A DNA stretch of 64,000 nt from NCBI GenBank assembly GCA_051294905.1, contig CM119380.1:22878001-22942000 (forward strand), given 5' to 3'. This document shows positions 48,201 through 62,268 of this stretch, piece after piece; within the stretch, counting starts at the first letter, position 1; every line of letters starts with the position of its first letter. The translations under genes were made by a program, and so were the position numbers. The notes under the pieces were generated by a model. That model searched no databases and was not told the DNA's origin. It was given only the letters and a program-made list of their open reading frames with translations. This stretch comes from Botryllus schlosseri. Its lineage: Eukaryota.

Positions 48201-49308
48201 AATCGCTAATACCACGGTTGTAATAGTGAGGGGTATAATTAATGTAATATGAAATCTGAATAATGGAAAGAAATCACACCAATCTTTGTACCTCCATTAA
48301 TTCTTACCGGTAGTTCTACCAATACAATATGCTTATGTGGTGGATTGATGTATGGTAGCGGTATTATTTTCGTAGGACAACAGGAAAATCATTTTGCCCA
48401 GCTAGTTCAAAGATCAATTAAAATCCATTTCCTTTGATCTCAAATGAAGAACCAAATGGGCAAGTAGTTGGAGGAGCCCCTTTGAAGATGTTCTAGAAGT
48501 GGCTTGGCCATTCCTTATTTCTGCAGCTGTACCTACATACATTAACTCTTGTTATGTTTATCCAACAAAGTACAACCCTTACTTCCACACATTCATGGAA
48601 AGTAAGGAGTATTAGTGGCTTGGATGTAGGTTTACATGGTGATTAATCCCACTTGGTGAAAGCAGACAAGAATCTATTCTACAGCTACACCATAGGCCTG
48701 TCATGTTGTGGAATATTAAATTTCCTCAATCCCATCTGCCATACTTTGATTGTCTCCTGGGAAATGAATTATTTCCATATGAAGTTATGAGCTCACCAAT
48801 GCCTGAATATCTTTCAAAATGTCAATCATCTACAAAAGGATGTTTATTATAACCTATCTGAACACACTTCTATCACCATTGGTCTGTTACCTGGCTATAC
48901 CGAGAAACATGTGGTCAATTACAGGTATTGTGACAGGCTTACCAATATACACAAAGACACAGGAAGTGAATTGACGTAGAAGACTAAGATTTAGTTGCAA
49001 CCCCTTTTTCAACACAATGTAAAATACCTTTCTATAGCAAAAACCGTAAGTGTCAGAATCATGAATAGGAATTCTTTAGCCATTGAAATTCAGTTGACTC
49101 AAATTTCAAATAATATCAGGACATGACTTGGAAAGCTTAGTCTGGGTCTATGGTCTAAATGCCTGCAATTGTACTGCAAAACGTTCTTGAAATGACTTTT
49201 GAGCCAGCAACTACCTAATTAATCGCATTTCTGCTGGCAGTTCTAGTTAGGGTCCGTCCACTTATTACAAAACATATCGACTGCAAGACTACCGCACATT
49301 AATGAGGA

Positions 49309-49480
49309 TAGTACATTGAACGCTCTCTTATTTGAGATTTCATTCCACGCTGGTGACGTCATGTTTTGTGATACAATACTTGATACACAATGTTCTTTCC
49401 AATTCTCTGCTAGTAGCTGACGATTACCCTTGACGAGTGTCAGCCGAAAATATTTGGTTCATTTCAATATGAATGTACTA
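49309..49480 (+). repeat. Copy of the 12495 repeat, with short inverted termini
   Basis: TAGTACATT...AATGTACTA ends; the internal sequence matches 12495-12657. Confidence 0.75.
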
Positions 49481-52464
49481 TTCAATTATGGTAATGTGTA
49501 AAAATCCGCCAACGTCTTGTCCATAGAAATGAGGCATCTAAAAGTTTTATGAACTTCCCTCATATGTACCTAAAGTTACACAGAAGATACATATCCGGTC
49601 GCGTGGTTATTACGAATTTATGAAGCTACAATGCTTGCTGACCTAGAGTTCTAGTCGAAGCACTACGTTCACTGCGGGAAAATTTGTTACTCTTCGTTAC
49701 GCATGCTCCAAGACTTCATGTCTATTTATGGCTGGTAACAAAGCTCACATGCTTCCTAAACATCAACATTTTGGCGATACACTGTGACTCCAACATCGAA
49801 GAACTGCGCGATATATGGTCTCTGAATTTCCGCGTCCCGGCGGCAACGGCAACAGCCTACTTACGGCCGACTCAATCGCCGAACGCGTCTATTACTGAAC
49901 GCGAAATCGAGAGAAATCGAGCCGGAAAAGTTAATGTAAGAATGAGATAATAACGCTTGAGGCGATACGTCATTTGCAATCCGTTTTTGACGATGTAGAC
50001 CGGAACTTGTTATTAAGGGCTAGGAAATGCATAAGAATTCTTCTATTATTGCGGGCGCTATCGAAACTATGTAAACCGTGATTCGGAATAATCAAATGTC
50101 GAGTATTATTATCAACGACTACTACTGCTAAGTCGTATTACTATTAACTTCTCATATATATTTGATTGAAATGTAAAATAAGAACTTGTAATAGGCCCTA
50201 TGGACTATGGTTGTTTATCTGTGAATATTCGCATTTATACTCGCTACGAGCCGCGGCTTTCGTGAATATGTTAACGCTACTTTGCTGCGTTCTCTTTTAT
50301 CGAAGATATGTATGAGTAATCCGGAATGTACTTTTAAATCTGATGCTGTCCAGCGATAGTGTTTTAAACCAATCAAAGAACTAGTTGCGCCGTTTCGCGT
50401 AATTCCTAGCTTCGCCCTTTCCACGCATCATCACTGGCCTATTAATTATCCTGTTTCAAAGCAAATTTGCGAAGAGCAATGCCGATGGGTCATACGGGGT
50501 GCTCGGGTTTGTGAGAAGAATAACAGTTTCAGGCCTGATCATGTATCGAAAGCTGAAACACTCGAAATCCCCTTTCCATAATAATATAACTATGTTTTAA
50601 AAATGCATTCATATTACGCGTGTCATATTTGGTCATATTTCAGTCAACATCCGTTGAACCAGTGAGGTAATAGCTGAACCTGCCTTATTAAAGAAAGATA
50701 GACTTTCATATATAGCATGTTTACACCGCTGTGCCTCAGTTTGCACTGTCTGCAGTGAGCGAAAGTTAAACTTGATATCTCATTTTCCCTGATACCATGT
50801 TTTACCCAGTTTTGATGAAGCAACTATCCTCGCTTTAAACTCTAAATAGAAGGATTATAAGCTTATGGATTTATCGATCCTGCAATCTCTTTTGATTGAT
50901 CGCCTGACTTCGTCTGATTAGTGAAGGAGTAAACCGCTAATCTAAGTATGGGAGATTCTAGATCGTAATTTAGGATTAATTCGCAGCTTTCAAGTGCAGC
51001 AGTCGTATGCTTATTGCACGGCCGGTATCAGCACTGATTGCGCTAATCCTTCTAGACAAGGAGTTCGAGAACCTTGACCCGCAGGGAATTCAATTCGACT
51101 AGCCATGTACTCTTCCTATCACACTTTTTATATGGTGTGTCGTCATCACCGCCAGTTTACGAGTGACGGGCGTCTCCGTCGCGGTTGGCCATATTGCATT
51201 GAATGTGTGTGACTCGCCGCTGGAATGGCTGACGTACTAATTTCCTAGTGCCGTGGGATTTTGGGATGTAATAGATCATTTGTAGTATTGTTTCCCTTCA
51301 AATGACCTTATTGGATGCTGGCAACATATACGTTGGTTTGGCGAAATGTCTTTTTGCGTAACAGAGAGGAAGTCGTACCAAGATGCAGGTTGACAGATTT
51401 AACTGGATTAGTCTGCTTATGGCGGGAGAAAGGAACAGCCTACTTTGATTTAAAATATCCCGGAACATGGACACTTTGGGAAAGATATGAATCGCACGGG
51501 GCAGTTACTCAAGATAGATATGCGTGCATATGAACCTCCGGTCTGGATGTTTTTTCTTTTATAAATATAGCCACGCGCTGTCAACTCTGTACCACGCAGT
51601 TCCCATCGCATATAATCAAGACGAAATCGTCAAATATATATCTGCACCTACGTTTATCGATTTATAGTATGGTATAAATTGGAAAGCGTTGAAACCATTT
51701 CCGATGCTTATTCGTGAAATCATTGCCACAATTGATTGCTGACGAAAGTCTTTGTAATTGTCATTGAAACCGCACATAGGAAGTTATCTGTCGGTATTTG
51801 TCGTTTGCAACGTGTAAAATCGGCCGTGTATGTGTTTGAGGTTGCTCGTCAGAAGTTTTAATATAGGCACGCGTGCTGTGTTGACACCCTCGTTTTCACT
51901 CTGGAGAAACTGCGCATTGAATATTATATTTTCCGAATCGTTGGTAGGCTAATTAATTTTGGATTGTCTGTATGATTTCTGCAAATGTAACTTTGAATGT
52001 TTGAGCTCGTCTCCACGCCTCGAAATGCATTGTATGTCATCGAAGTAGGAAAAAATATGACAAATTAATCTCGAAATTCATAGATTTTAATCTGGCGATC
52101 TCCTTGTGGGGTTAACTGAACTCTACAAGTTTATAATTTTTTCTTGCAATTGACGGCATTTTATGGGTGTTAAGTTGAAGTATGAATGCCATATTTTGGC
52201 TAACAGCTTTCTCTCAAGAGAAGTTTGCGAGGCTTCCAGCAGTACATCCTAGGAAACTTGAGATTTCGTATTGACAAAATCATGCATGAACTAATTTTAT
52301 ACTGATGTGCATAAACTATAGAAATTGCCAAGTATTATATGATCGAAGCGAAAGATCATCGCTCTACCAATCAAATATGTCGGACCTATAATGTATAATG
52401 TTGTACACATTTCAACTCGAAATACAAGCAATTTCTGCTGAATGAATACTGTAGTCAGCCCTCT

Positions 52465-52640
52465 ACTTTACCGGACCTCGACCTGACATATCGATCTCGC
52501 CTACCGCCGCATGCAAACGCTACCTCATGTTGTCGCTTGTCCTTTTATATTAAATTATTGTACTTTTCATTCAGTGAGCAAGTGCGTGCCTCCTCTTTGC
52601 CTCGCCTAGGCCCAGGTGGCTGTCTGATCTCAAATACTAC
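52465..52640 (+). mobile_element. LINE 3' UTR fragment (same family as 37485-38080)
   Basis: ttaccggacc..atcgatctcgc..ttcattcagtg..cctcttt..cgcctaggcc..ggtgg aligns with 37810-37990. Confidence 0.7.
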
Positions 52641-55600
52641 TCCAAGTCGTTTCGGGACCTTCCTATCTTTTCATCGGATGGCAGTCTTGTGGTGTTTTGA
52701 AACGAATTAATAATAAACCCTTCTGCATGAATCAGTGAATCATGTCCTTTAGATCGAGATACACTTCTACCGCCTATATCCAAGTGATAATATATATAGA
52801 TATAACTTAGCATATGATTTTCGATCTTCGTACGCATGCATGTGAAATGCTACCTTATAAAATTTTCTGACGATCCCGTACTTGTTACTTATCATCTACC
52901 GATCACGTGATCGTAGTTGAAGCAGGCTTTGTCCTAGTGACTTAGAGATTTTCACATTGCATGTCACATTTTCCAAGTTATCTGCGTATAATCACAAGGA
53001 GACAAGTGAAAATTCGCTGTCCTTGACCACGCCTGTGACCTTGAGTTCAAGAGGCCTTGAAGCAGATTTCCTGTTGAAATGTGTTTTCAAATCTTACACT
53101 ATACTGTGTGTTTGGGTGCCCTTACCAAATAGAGTTCAATGGGCAGTGTTGACAGAATCCAATACATGAAGTGTATTTTACCGACCGTGACCTCGGATTT
53201 GTGTGGTGCTTTGACTTGTAATCTTGCTTTATATTCACGCAAATGACGAAACTTATGACGGTTTATATTGCCATGAATGAAATATACCAGAAGCTATTTT
53301 GATGATCTTTGATCTTATACTGTAAAAGTGGTTCTGTCTGATCATGTTTTTCAAACAATTCACCGAGGCAGTTATATAGTGACTATACGAAGTTAGTCGC
53401 TGACTCGGAATGCGTTTTTTCCTGTAGACACGGGACTAAAATCCCTCGTTCGACATCCTTGGATATATACTTCTTCGGAAGGCGATGGCGGATATGTGTT
53501 TGTCATATGACGCAAATCGAAAAGGATTCACCAAGTCAATGATACGTAGTGCTGTTAATCTTGAATGAAACCGCGTACCGCGTCACATGCTCCGGAATGC
53601 CACTACCTAATGGAGCACACTTCGCGTGGTTCCACTTTCTATGCTCAAAAGTGTCCTTGTTTTGTGTTGTATGCCGATGGATGTCCGAAAACCATTGATC
53701 TTGAGGCTCGGATCGAGAGTTTGACCCGAGTGAGTCGCTCTGTCTAAATCAGCGAAACTATACGGCGTCTGTGAAGAGCCGAAACTTGAGACATATGGGA
53801 CAAACACCTCGTCTCGTCACTGTTATATTTTGATAGCTGTCTGACTCGCCTGAACGACTTGTCGCGGTTATTTCCTTTTGATTACCCGCAATTCCCATCT
53901 TGTCGTGAGTTCATTTGGGGCTTGTTACACTTAGGTTTCCAGGTAACGTCGGCTTGCCATTATTTTTTTCTAGTTGTAGGTAGGGTACTGTCGGTCGTAC
54001 TATTAAGATACTACACGGATTTCAGGATAAAGTGTTGCTACCTCGCGGTGCACAAATCTAAACTTCAAAACGTTCCCAGAGTCTTCTTGTTTGGTTACAA
54101 AAACCCATTGATGGGTTTAGTTCGATATGCGCAAGCGTACAGAACATATAACCACATCAAACTATATCAAAGGAGCTAGGCCACCCTTCAAACCTCCCTG
54201 TTGTCAGCCTAATTCGTATAGTTGTTTAGATTTTCAACATATACATTTTCACGGCTTGGGAGCATTTTAATTGCATTTCTGCATTGAAACACTTAGGTCC
54301 GACAACGTATGTGGATTTCAATAAATGAACATGGCAAATCTTTCCAAGTAAATGTATATTATACAGAGGGCATCGTCGATACATGGAATGAGCTATGTAC
54401 GACGCAAGTCATATCGCGCCCAGACCGGGATGACTCTCAGATAAAATGATCTTGCTGGCACATGTTTTTATAGTCGGTTGCGCGTCCGCCCAACTGTCTA
54501 TAAATGGTTTTGTGGCTGCCACCCACATCCATTGTTATTCTAATCATCCGAGGAATCGCTTTCGAATACCCAGTTCAAAAGCGCGAGCGTTTATATAAAT
54601 CTCTACTCGTTATCCCACGGAGTTGACCTCGTAAAAGAGTTGATTGCTTGTCATCTGTGGACGGTGGGGTATATATTGCTTAAGTTAATTGCTCTCTTTC
54701 AATTTTACTGTAGGAAGTACGTGATGAGATAATTTACATGGATTATTGAACCTGGACAATGGACATCGATGAAGCCAGTAATGCGAGGGACGTGCCCAAA
54801 GCCAATCATTCTGTTTCTGTTCTGAAATGTGTCTCCACAAGCCCAAATAAATTTAATGTGCCAAAACAGAGCCCCGCGTAGAATCGCCGTTTCCATAACA
54901 TTTTATTCCACAGATTCAGAAGTTTAACATATTCCGCTGAACAAGTACAATTACTGGACTGGTGAGAATTTAGCGCATACTTTCTTATTCTTTTACATCA
55001 CGCATGAATGGCGCTGACGCAACGCAGCTTGTGTCGCTGAGGATGAATCATCAAAATGGCGATGCCGTCGTATTATTTGTTTTCTGCTTCAATATCCTCC
55101 TTATATTTTCTGGCCAATAGCATGCAGATTTCTGAGCTGATATTACCGGGATAGAATAATTGAAACTTCGAGTTCGCATTCTATTCATACATTCTTGGAA
55201 CTCAGGATTTTATTTTTATGGGCGTAACTGCACTGGTATTCAGACTTATTATTTTGTATATCCAATCCATCGAAATCAATCCGAGATTTGGTTTTTAATG
55301 TTGTAGCCTATATGCAGTTCCCCACTCATCAGAGAGACGCCAGCGAAAATGTTTTAAAATCCATCTCTAAGTTTGGGCTTTAAAGCTTAAGTCGAAATCC
55401 GTTGTGAATTCATTCCGCATCAAGCATCAATCGATGTTCTAATCGGGTAATAAAATCCATTCGAAATCCGAATGAAAAGTAATAGAAATTCCAGGTCCAA
55501 GTTCAATTAAAAATTCACTTTAATTCAAGTCCGATCAAAATCTGTAATTCCGGCATTAAAAACCCAAATCCACTCTCATCTCTGCATCCCGTGCCTCTTC

Positions 55601-55775
55601 ACGAATCGAACATGATGAATTGATTGATGGCGCCCCCATGCGTATGTATAGACGCTTTTTATAATTAAATACGCTCAAAATTACATGCTGTCCGGCATTT
55701 GTTTCGCTGGCTGTTGACGGGATCACCGGAAAGAAATTCACACGGAACATCCTATATAAGTGTTCCCTAAACATA

Positions 55776-58700
55776 TCAAAAAGATTTCGAGGGTATCGCT
55801 GTGATGAGCTCCTGCAGTCTCTCTTCAGAAACGATGTCACTGTGTTCGAAAAACAGTTTTGATGGCACTGCGTACCTTAGGACGATTTAAGAACAACAAC
55901 TTACCCATTTTCATTAGACACTACGTCGTAAAACAAGCCAGGCCCGAAGCCATTGAAATTGGACGCTATTGTGAAAGTGTACGATCCGCAATCTAATTGA
56001 TGAATACACAGATACACGTTACACAAGCGATCAGTATTCCGTTGCGCGTGTCGCACCGGTCACAACGAAATCCAATAGTATTTTAAGGATCATAATGTGA
56101 CATCGGGAATTACACGCTGGCGGTTTACATAATTAACGATAAACATGTTATCCGCGACCACCTGACCTCATCTGTTTACTCGCAATGTTAGCGAATCCAC
56201 GGAATGAGTTGTTGGGTATCTACGGATAACGATGACGCCAAGAAGTATCCGTGTGTTTTACTCATCCGTTTGTTTTATTCATTACTATGTCGTGGAATAT
56301 TAACTAACACAATATTTAAACAGCACGTATCGGAGCCACACAGATGTTTACGGGAAATTGCATTTGCTTACTTTTCCACATAATCCACTCTCCAATCTGC
56401 ACTTCCGGGAGCGTTCTGTTGCAAATGATATCAAGACCTGAACAAGTCGGCCCGTCTATTCTGCATTCGCGTCGGTTGCGCGTTTTCTGAATTCGATGGC
56501 GCTGATAATCTTAACGTGGCTATACCGGGCGTACTATATACTGTCGTTTCCAACCTCGTATTGCAACACCTCTGGCTCGCATTCTCCGTCACCGCGTATG
56601 CCCAGCAGTTCCAGTCCAAGTCCTCCGAAGACACCATCGTTGACAGTGTAAGCTACTGGACCCCCGGATTCGCTCGCTGTAAATGAAGTACGATTGTAAT
56701 AGCCCGCGACGGTGATCAAGATACGTTGGTTTGCTGTAATTGTCGTAAGTATTGTCGAAGTAGTAGTAAATAATCATAGGCAAGGATGGTGCCGTTCGTA
56801 AGAAGTCGCTAATATGTGACCTAATGAACTGTCACTACAGGATTTCACATAGTTACCTGGCGAAATTCGAATGTATCTGGGGTGTCTCAGTGCCCACAAG
56901 GACCCCGCATTTGCACGCAGTAATATCGGGATTCTAAGAGAGTTTCTTTGGGGCTAGGGTAACACTTACCCAAACACATCATTTCCAATCTTATCAGACA
57001 TGGTTAAATCTGCTGCTGTACGGAAATACAGGCTAGGGCTGAGCACGCACAACAACGACCGAAATATATTGATGTGTCAAGCAAAATTCTCAAAAATCAG
57101 TGACATTTATGAGGTTGCAAGGCACTGCTTGGTTTCGTTTTGAATTTCCGTTCTTGCTATCACCGCGATGCAGCAATTGCAACATGTTAGCAAGTGTACA
57201 ATTGTATATGCAAGGAATTTTGATTATGGATCGTTCGACTACAGGAAAATTCCGGTATTTCACAACAATCTTCTCCAGACAGTCCCTACTCTAATGGAAC
57301 CTATGAATTATAATTATAATTATTACAGTTCGCATGCCGCATATAGCAACGCGAACCGACCGTCAGAACCATCCATAGTAACGCAATGATCAACTCATCA
57401 AAACTACGAAGTTAACAGCGGTTTGAACTCAAAAGGTATGTGATGTTATTCTATTGTCTCTCAACCGTTATGTTGTGGTTCCACGTGTCCATGGTGCTAA
57501 TTCCTAACTACTAACTGGTGATTTGCATATTGTGGCGATAAACCTCTCGATGGCAGGCCACGTTTCAAAGTGCTATTAATGTTATATAACATATATTTCG
57601 ATTGCAAGCTGTAATCATGCGATCCAATCCCCCAGCGGCTATCATTTTTCTCGTTTTAAGTCTGTGAAAGGATATTTCTGCTTTAATGTGGCGAGGATGT
57701 GTGATCGATGTCAATGATGTGTTTCGTCAAGTACAAATATACACGCCATATGTATGCTTCCAAGACTTCTTGCAAATATTCGTGGAAAATAGGCCATATC
57801 ACTATTCCGCCTTAACATCTGTCAAAGCCGAACTGTACAATCACAACATATTCGCCATTTTATCATCTATGCAATACTGCGCATATTTGGTATTCCAGAA
57901 TAAATTCTAAAACTGATACTTCAAATTAACGCAGTCAATAAAATCGTTTCATACGATTTCTTGCCGTCCAAAGACAATGTAATAAATTCACTTCCCACAC
58001 ACATACCGAAAATTGCAGGTTTTGAAATAGCGCGGATTCCAGTAACGAATTTGCTAATTAATCCGACGTAATACTGAGACGAGAATGACTTCCTCTCACC
58101 TCGTTTGGCAATTACGTTCGTTACCAATGTGAATACTGACGTCGCGAAGAACTTCCCAGGCTCTGCAATCACTTTCAAGTGGTTCTTCATTTCTTCTGAG
58201 AACATTGTATCCAAACCGTTGTTTATCGTATCCGCAAACTGCGATTGAATCACACACAAAAAAACGGAACTATGAATAAATCAATGCAATAATGAACCAT
58301 ACAATTACGAACGAAAGCGCGAGATCATAGATGCTCAAATTAGTAAATTTTGGCGATTGCTCTTATGAATATATATTTCTGACTGGGATTTAATGAGACA
58401 AATTTTACAGTGAGAAGTAAAATTGGTGATGCGAAATGTATACGAATACGTTGATTATATGCCAATAGAGTTTGCCACGGATCAGCTCTGTAGGTGGTTA
58501 GTAGTAATACCATATTTTATAGGAAGCCGAGACACATATTAGTATAATTTCAAACGAACACCAGTGGTTCGCGGAGTAATTATCAAGTGATATTTCGCAA
58601 CTTCGCGCTGTATAATCCGAACGTACCTCTTGAAATGACACCAGCTGCTCTTTGATACCACGGAATCCGCCCCCGATGTCAAGTATACTAAACTCGAACC

Positions 58701-61700
58701 CGAGAGTCGCTCCGTAATCGAATAATGTCTTGGCGTCCTTCAACGCCCGTGTATATGCTGACTTGTCAAAACATCCACTGCCGACGTGAAAACTGTATGA
58801 ATACAGATTCGGTTGATAAACTGTATCGCATCCAATTTACAGGAGAAATACCGGCCTACGACATGCGATTTTATGCACACAACGTTTGTGAATTCCAGTC
58901 AAATATGATCAAAACGCACCATATCCCAACTGTGTTCATCTCCAATTCCTTAGACAGCTTTATCAGACGCCTCGCCTCCGCCATGCCAGCTCCGAATCTC
59001 GAACTCAAGTCGATAGTTACCTGGGAGCTGAATGCTTTTATCCGTATCATGATTCTAAGGAAAATGAAGCTCTTCAATCCCAGTTAAAGGAGTCGTGCAA
59101 AATTTTCTGGCTGCTGCGACATACAATACTTTGGTGGAACAGCTCGCACTGTTTCTTTGCAACAAAATCCTTCATTAGGGGTACAATTCCAGCGAACAAA
59201 CAACGCAGTTTTCTTTAATCTCGATCCATTCTCCCGATCATTGTTATCATCAACGGATGGAAGGAAACACAACTTAGCAAAAACGCGATACGAACTAACC
59301 AGTATAGAGTATGGCGAACGTACAGGCGATCATTAGAAAATGCCCATTATGTCAAGTTGAGTTTCTAATAAACTTGCGAGTTTCTCGCGTTTCATCTGTA
59401 TCGGTTGCAATTGCAATTGACAAATCAACCGCGAAACTAAATCGGGGGTTCCCAGCCTGGGGTTTGTGATCCGTGCTATGGCCACGGCGATCCGTCAGTG
59501 GACTAGAATTAATAAAAAAACGAAATTGGGAATCGCTGATGGAATTAAAGGCATAGCTTTTATAGAAAAACCTACTCGCTGTTTGGATGATATTTTTTTA
59601 TCTTTCGCAATTCCTCTTCGCCATCCGCAACGGTCAGATTGACGTTTGTCTTTCTTGCATGTTCCAAATGCGATATTTGTTTGTTCGTGTTTGACAAAAC
59701 TATATCACGTGCATGTGCGCCTAGACTTAGAGCCAGGTCAATCTCGGACTGTGGATATAGAAATGCGTATACGTAAGTCGCTTTTAGACATTCAATTAGT
59801 ATTACTCATGGAAACACAAGAGGCCATACCAATATGTAGCTGTAGGTAAAATGACGTTGAAGTAGGCTATACAATAAATAAATAAGCTACATAAAGTTGC
59901 ATGAAACATAACGAGACCACGACAGAATTGTATTGGTATAGCTCATCGAGTACAGGGCCGTAACAGCACTTCGTCAGCCCCCCCCCCAAATGGCGATAAA
60001 CCGAACTTCTGGGGGGCTTCGCCCCCCAGACCCACCTTAGGCTGTTCGCTGTTTACCGCTACTTATCTGCTAAATTGGGTGTCCGTTTAGTGAGTCAGCT
60101 TTTCTCGCCTAAACGCGCATAGCGCGAGAAATTTCTATACTTCGTTACTGAATCGGGAAATATGATCGGGAATTGCATATACATTGCTATCAATATTTAT
60201 CCTCTCTGCACACGTAATCTGATTTACCGGTAGAGATGAGTGAGGTGTGTTTGAAAAGGTAGGACCCCTCCATAATAATTAAACATCTCCGGGTGTATAG
60301 GCTACCCGTTGGCAGGAACGAAACAGCCCCCCCCCCCCCAAAAAAAAAAAAACTTCCGAAACATCACGTTGTTCGCTTTTGCCACGAAATTATAGCTGTA
60401 CAGTTGGGTGAGCCAGCGCGAAGCGCGATCGTTTTCGATAATTCGTGATAAAATCGGTCAATAAGATCGGGAATTGAATATATTTTGCTATCAATTTCTT
60501 GTCCTCTCTGCTCACGTAATCAGATTGACCGGTAGAGCTGATTGAGTTGTCTTTGAAACTGTAGAGCCCGTAAATAATAATTGAACATCTTCGGGCGGGC
60601 GGACCCTTTGGTATGAATTCGTTACATGATGTTATTTCGTGACCCCCTGTCTGCTACATCAAAAAATATAGAATCGCCCAAATGTACTAAACTGAAGGAT
60701 CACACGATTTCAGATTGGTATTTATTCACTGGCATATAATTTTTTTCCTGTGGGGTGGTATTTGTCTCGTGAGGTTCAGATTGCCAAGACAGGAACATTC
60801 GGCGCCAGTCAATAAGGCGCCTATATGGACAATCAAACCTATATGTATTTTGCATATACGGCGAAGTTTTCGGTCAGCATGAGGGAAGTCCTTTACGGCC
60901 AAGGTTTTGTCGCTGCCGATCGTTCTGGCACACTTCTTGGAATCGCATGTTACATGGCCTAAAACTTTATATGTATTGGTGGTAATGGCTAACGCCGATA
61001 TGCCCATTTCTACATATCTTGCGTATTTTTCTTGGGGTTAGAGTACCCAATAGTCGAGATATTCAGCGACTTGAATTCGCGCCAAGCGCGCAAAATTTTT
61101 GAAAAATCTGCATAAATTTTGACAAAATAATCTATAATTTATGCTAATTCACGAAATAACTTCGGGCCCCCTTCGAGCTCGCCCCCCCAATTGGGGCGTT
61201 TGGAGTGCGGCAGTTACGGCCCTGATTGAGTATAATTAGATAATGTCAATCAATGACCATCGACATATATGGAGTTACATATATACAATTACGTATATTA
61301 CGCCACGTATTCACTGCGACATCACCAAGAAGAGATTTGCTGTTTCTCTTCGGTGCAATTTCGGTGCTCCTTTAATGGAGCTTTGATTTGGAAGAGGTAT
61401 TTCTACATAATGATTACATATTGAACATGATACAATTCGACTGGCATATACGTTTGTTACACCTTTTCCTTTATGTTGATGGCGAATATTATTGATTGCC
61501 TGACCTGGGTGGCGCAGTCCAATCCGATCCCATCGAGTAGCAAGTATTTCACCAGGGTTGGATGCGGCGCAGCCTTCACGGCATAATACGGCCGTACACG
61601 TGGCATCAGCCTATTCCAAGTTTGCAGCTGCGCTGCGGCATCGCCAATATCGCAAATCCAAAACGAATCATCCCAATTCTGTAAATGATGTTAGAGCGCG

Positions 61701-62268
61701 CGATAGGTATTAACCAGGACTCGCCACTTGATTAATCAGTAATCGGTGTTCAAATTCCATACGGTATACAGTGTATCGGTAATTTACGATGGGAATTCGT
61801 AGATTGGATGGCGATGCTATTCAACTCAAAGCAAGAGCAGATTATGCTATAATATATTATATATTGGCCATGCCTAGCAATGTCGATTAGGTACCGACAA
61901 GCCAAAAGTACTTTTCTTTTCTAATATAGACCAAATTTGACTAGAGAACATGGAATAAAAAACAAAAACAATGAAACAAACCACGTGAGTAACCAACTAT
62001 TATATGAAAGGATACAAATCCCTACTAAAGAATTCCAAATTCCTCGTTACTGACCCCGTGTGGCTATTGGAGTTATAAACATGCCAGACGAAAAATGGGT
62101 TATGCCAATGTGCATAAGGAAGGACGGAAATATTCGACAGGGAATGATTTATCCCCAAATCCACGAGGGAAAGAAGAGAGAAGGATAGTTGTCAGTAATT
62201 TCCATATACCTACAGTGTATCAAATGTGTCATCTCGCGGCCAACTTCGTTTGAAACCCTTCCTTCCAT
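55776..62268 (-). CDS. Ornithine decarboxylase / antizyme-inhibitor family (fold-type III PLP decarboxylase), divergent paralog
   Basis: Confident exons (-): 61678-61505 (DSFWICDIGD..PRVRPYYAVKA..GLDCATQ), 59748-59576, 59054-58920 (IRI..SRFGA), 58792-58627 (FHVGSGC..ILDIGGGF), 58238-58100 (VIAEPGKFF), 56676-56555 (YTVNDGVFG), 56486-56372 (GPTCSGLD), 55992-55905 (NCGSYT..SNFNGF), 55839-55776. Tentative N-terminal exons are 62268-62210 and 61940-61895. Confidence 0.88.
59953..61224. mobile_element. 1.27-kb non-autonomous hAT-like element in an intron of the ODC-like gene
   Basis: TIR CAGGGCCGTAAC...GTTACGGCCCTG. Flanks ATCGAGTA / ATTGAGTA match at 7/8 positions. An internal imperfect direct repeat spans about 60160-60260 and 60465-60565. 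Confidence 0.8.

Noticed and set aside
49960-55700. 5.7-kb stretch with several short ORFs
   Set aside because: No recognisable protein motif or phase-consistent exon chain was found. It is treated as intergenic or regulatory, though a small divergent gene cannot be excluded.
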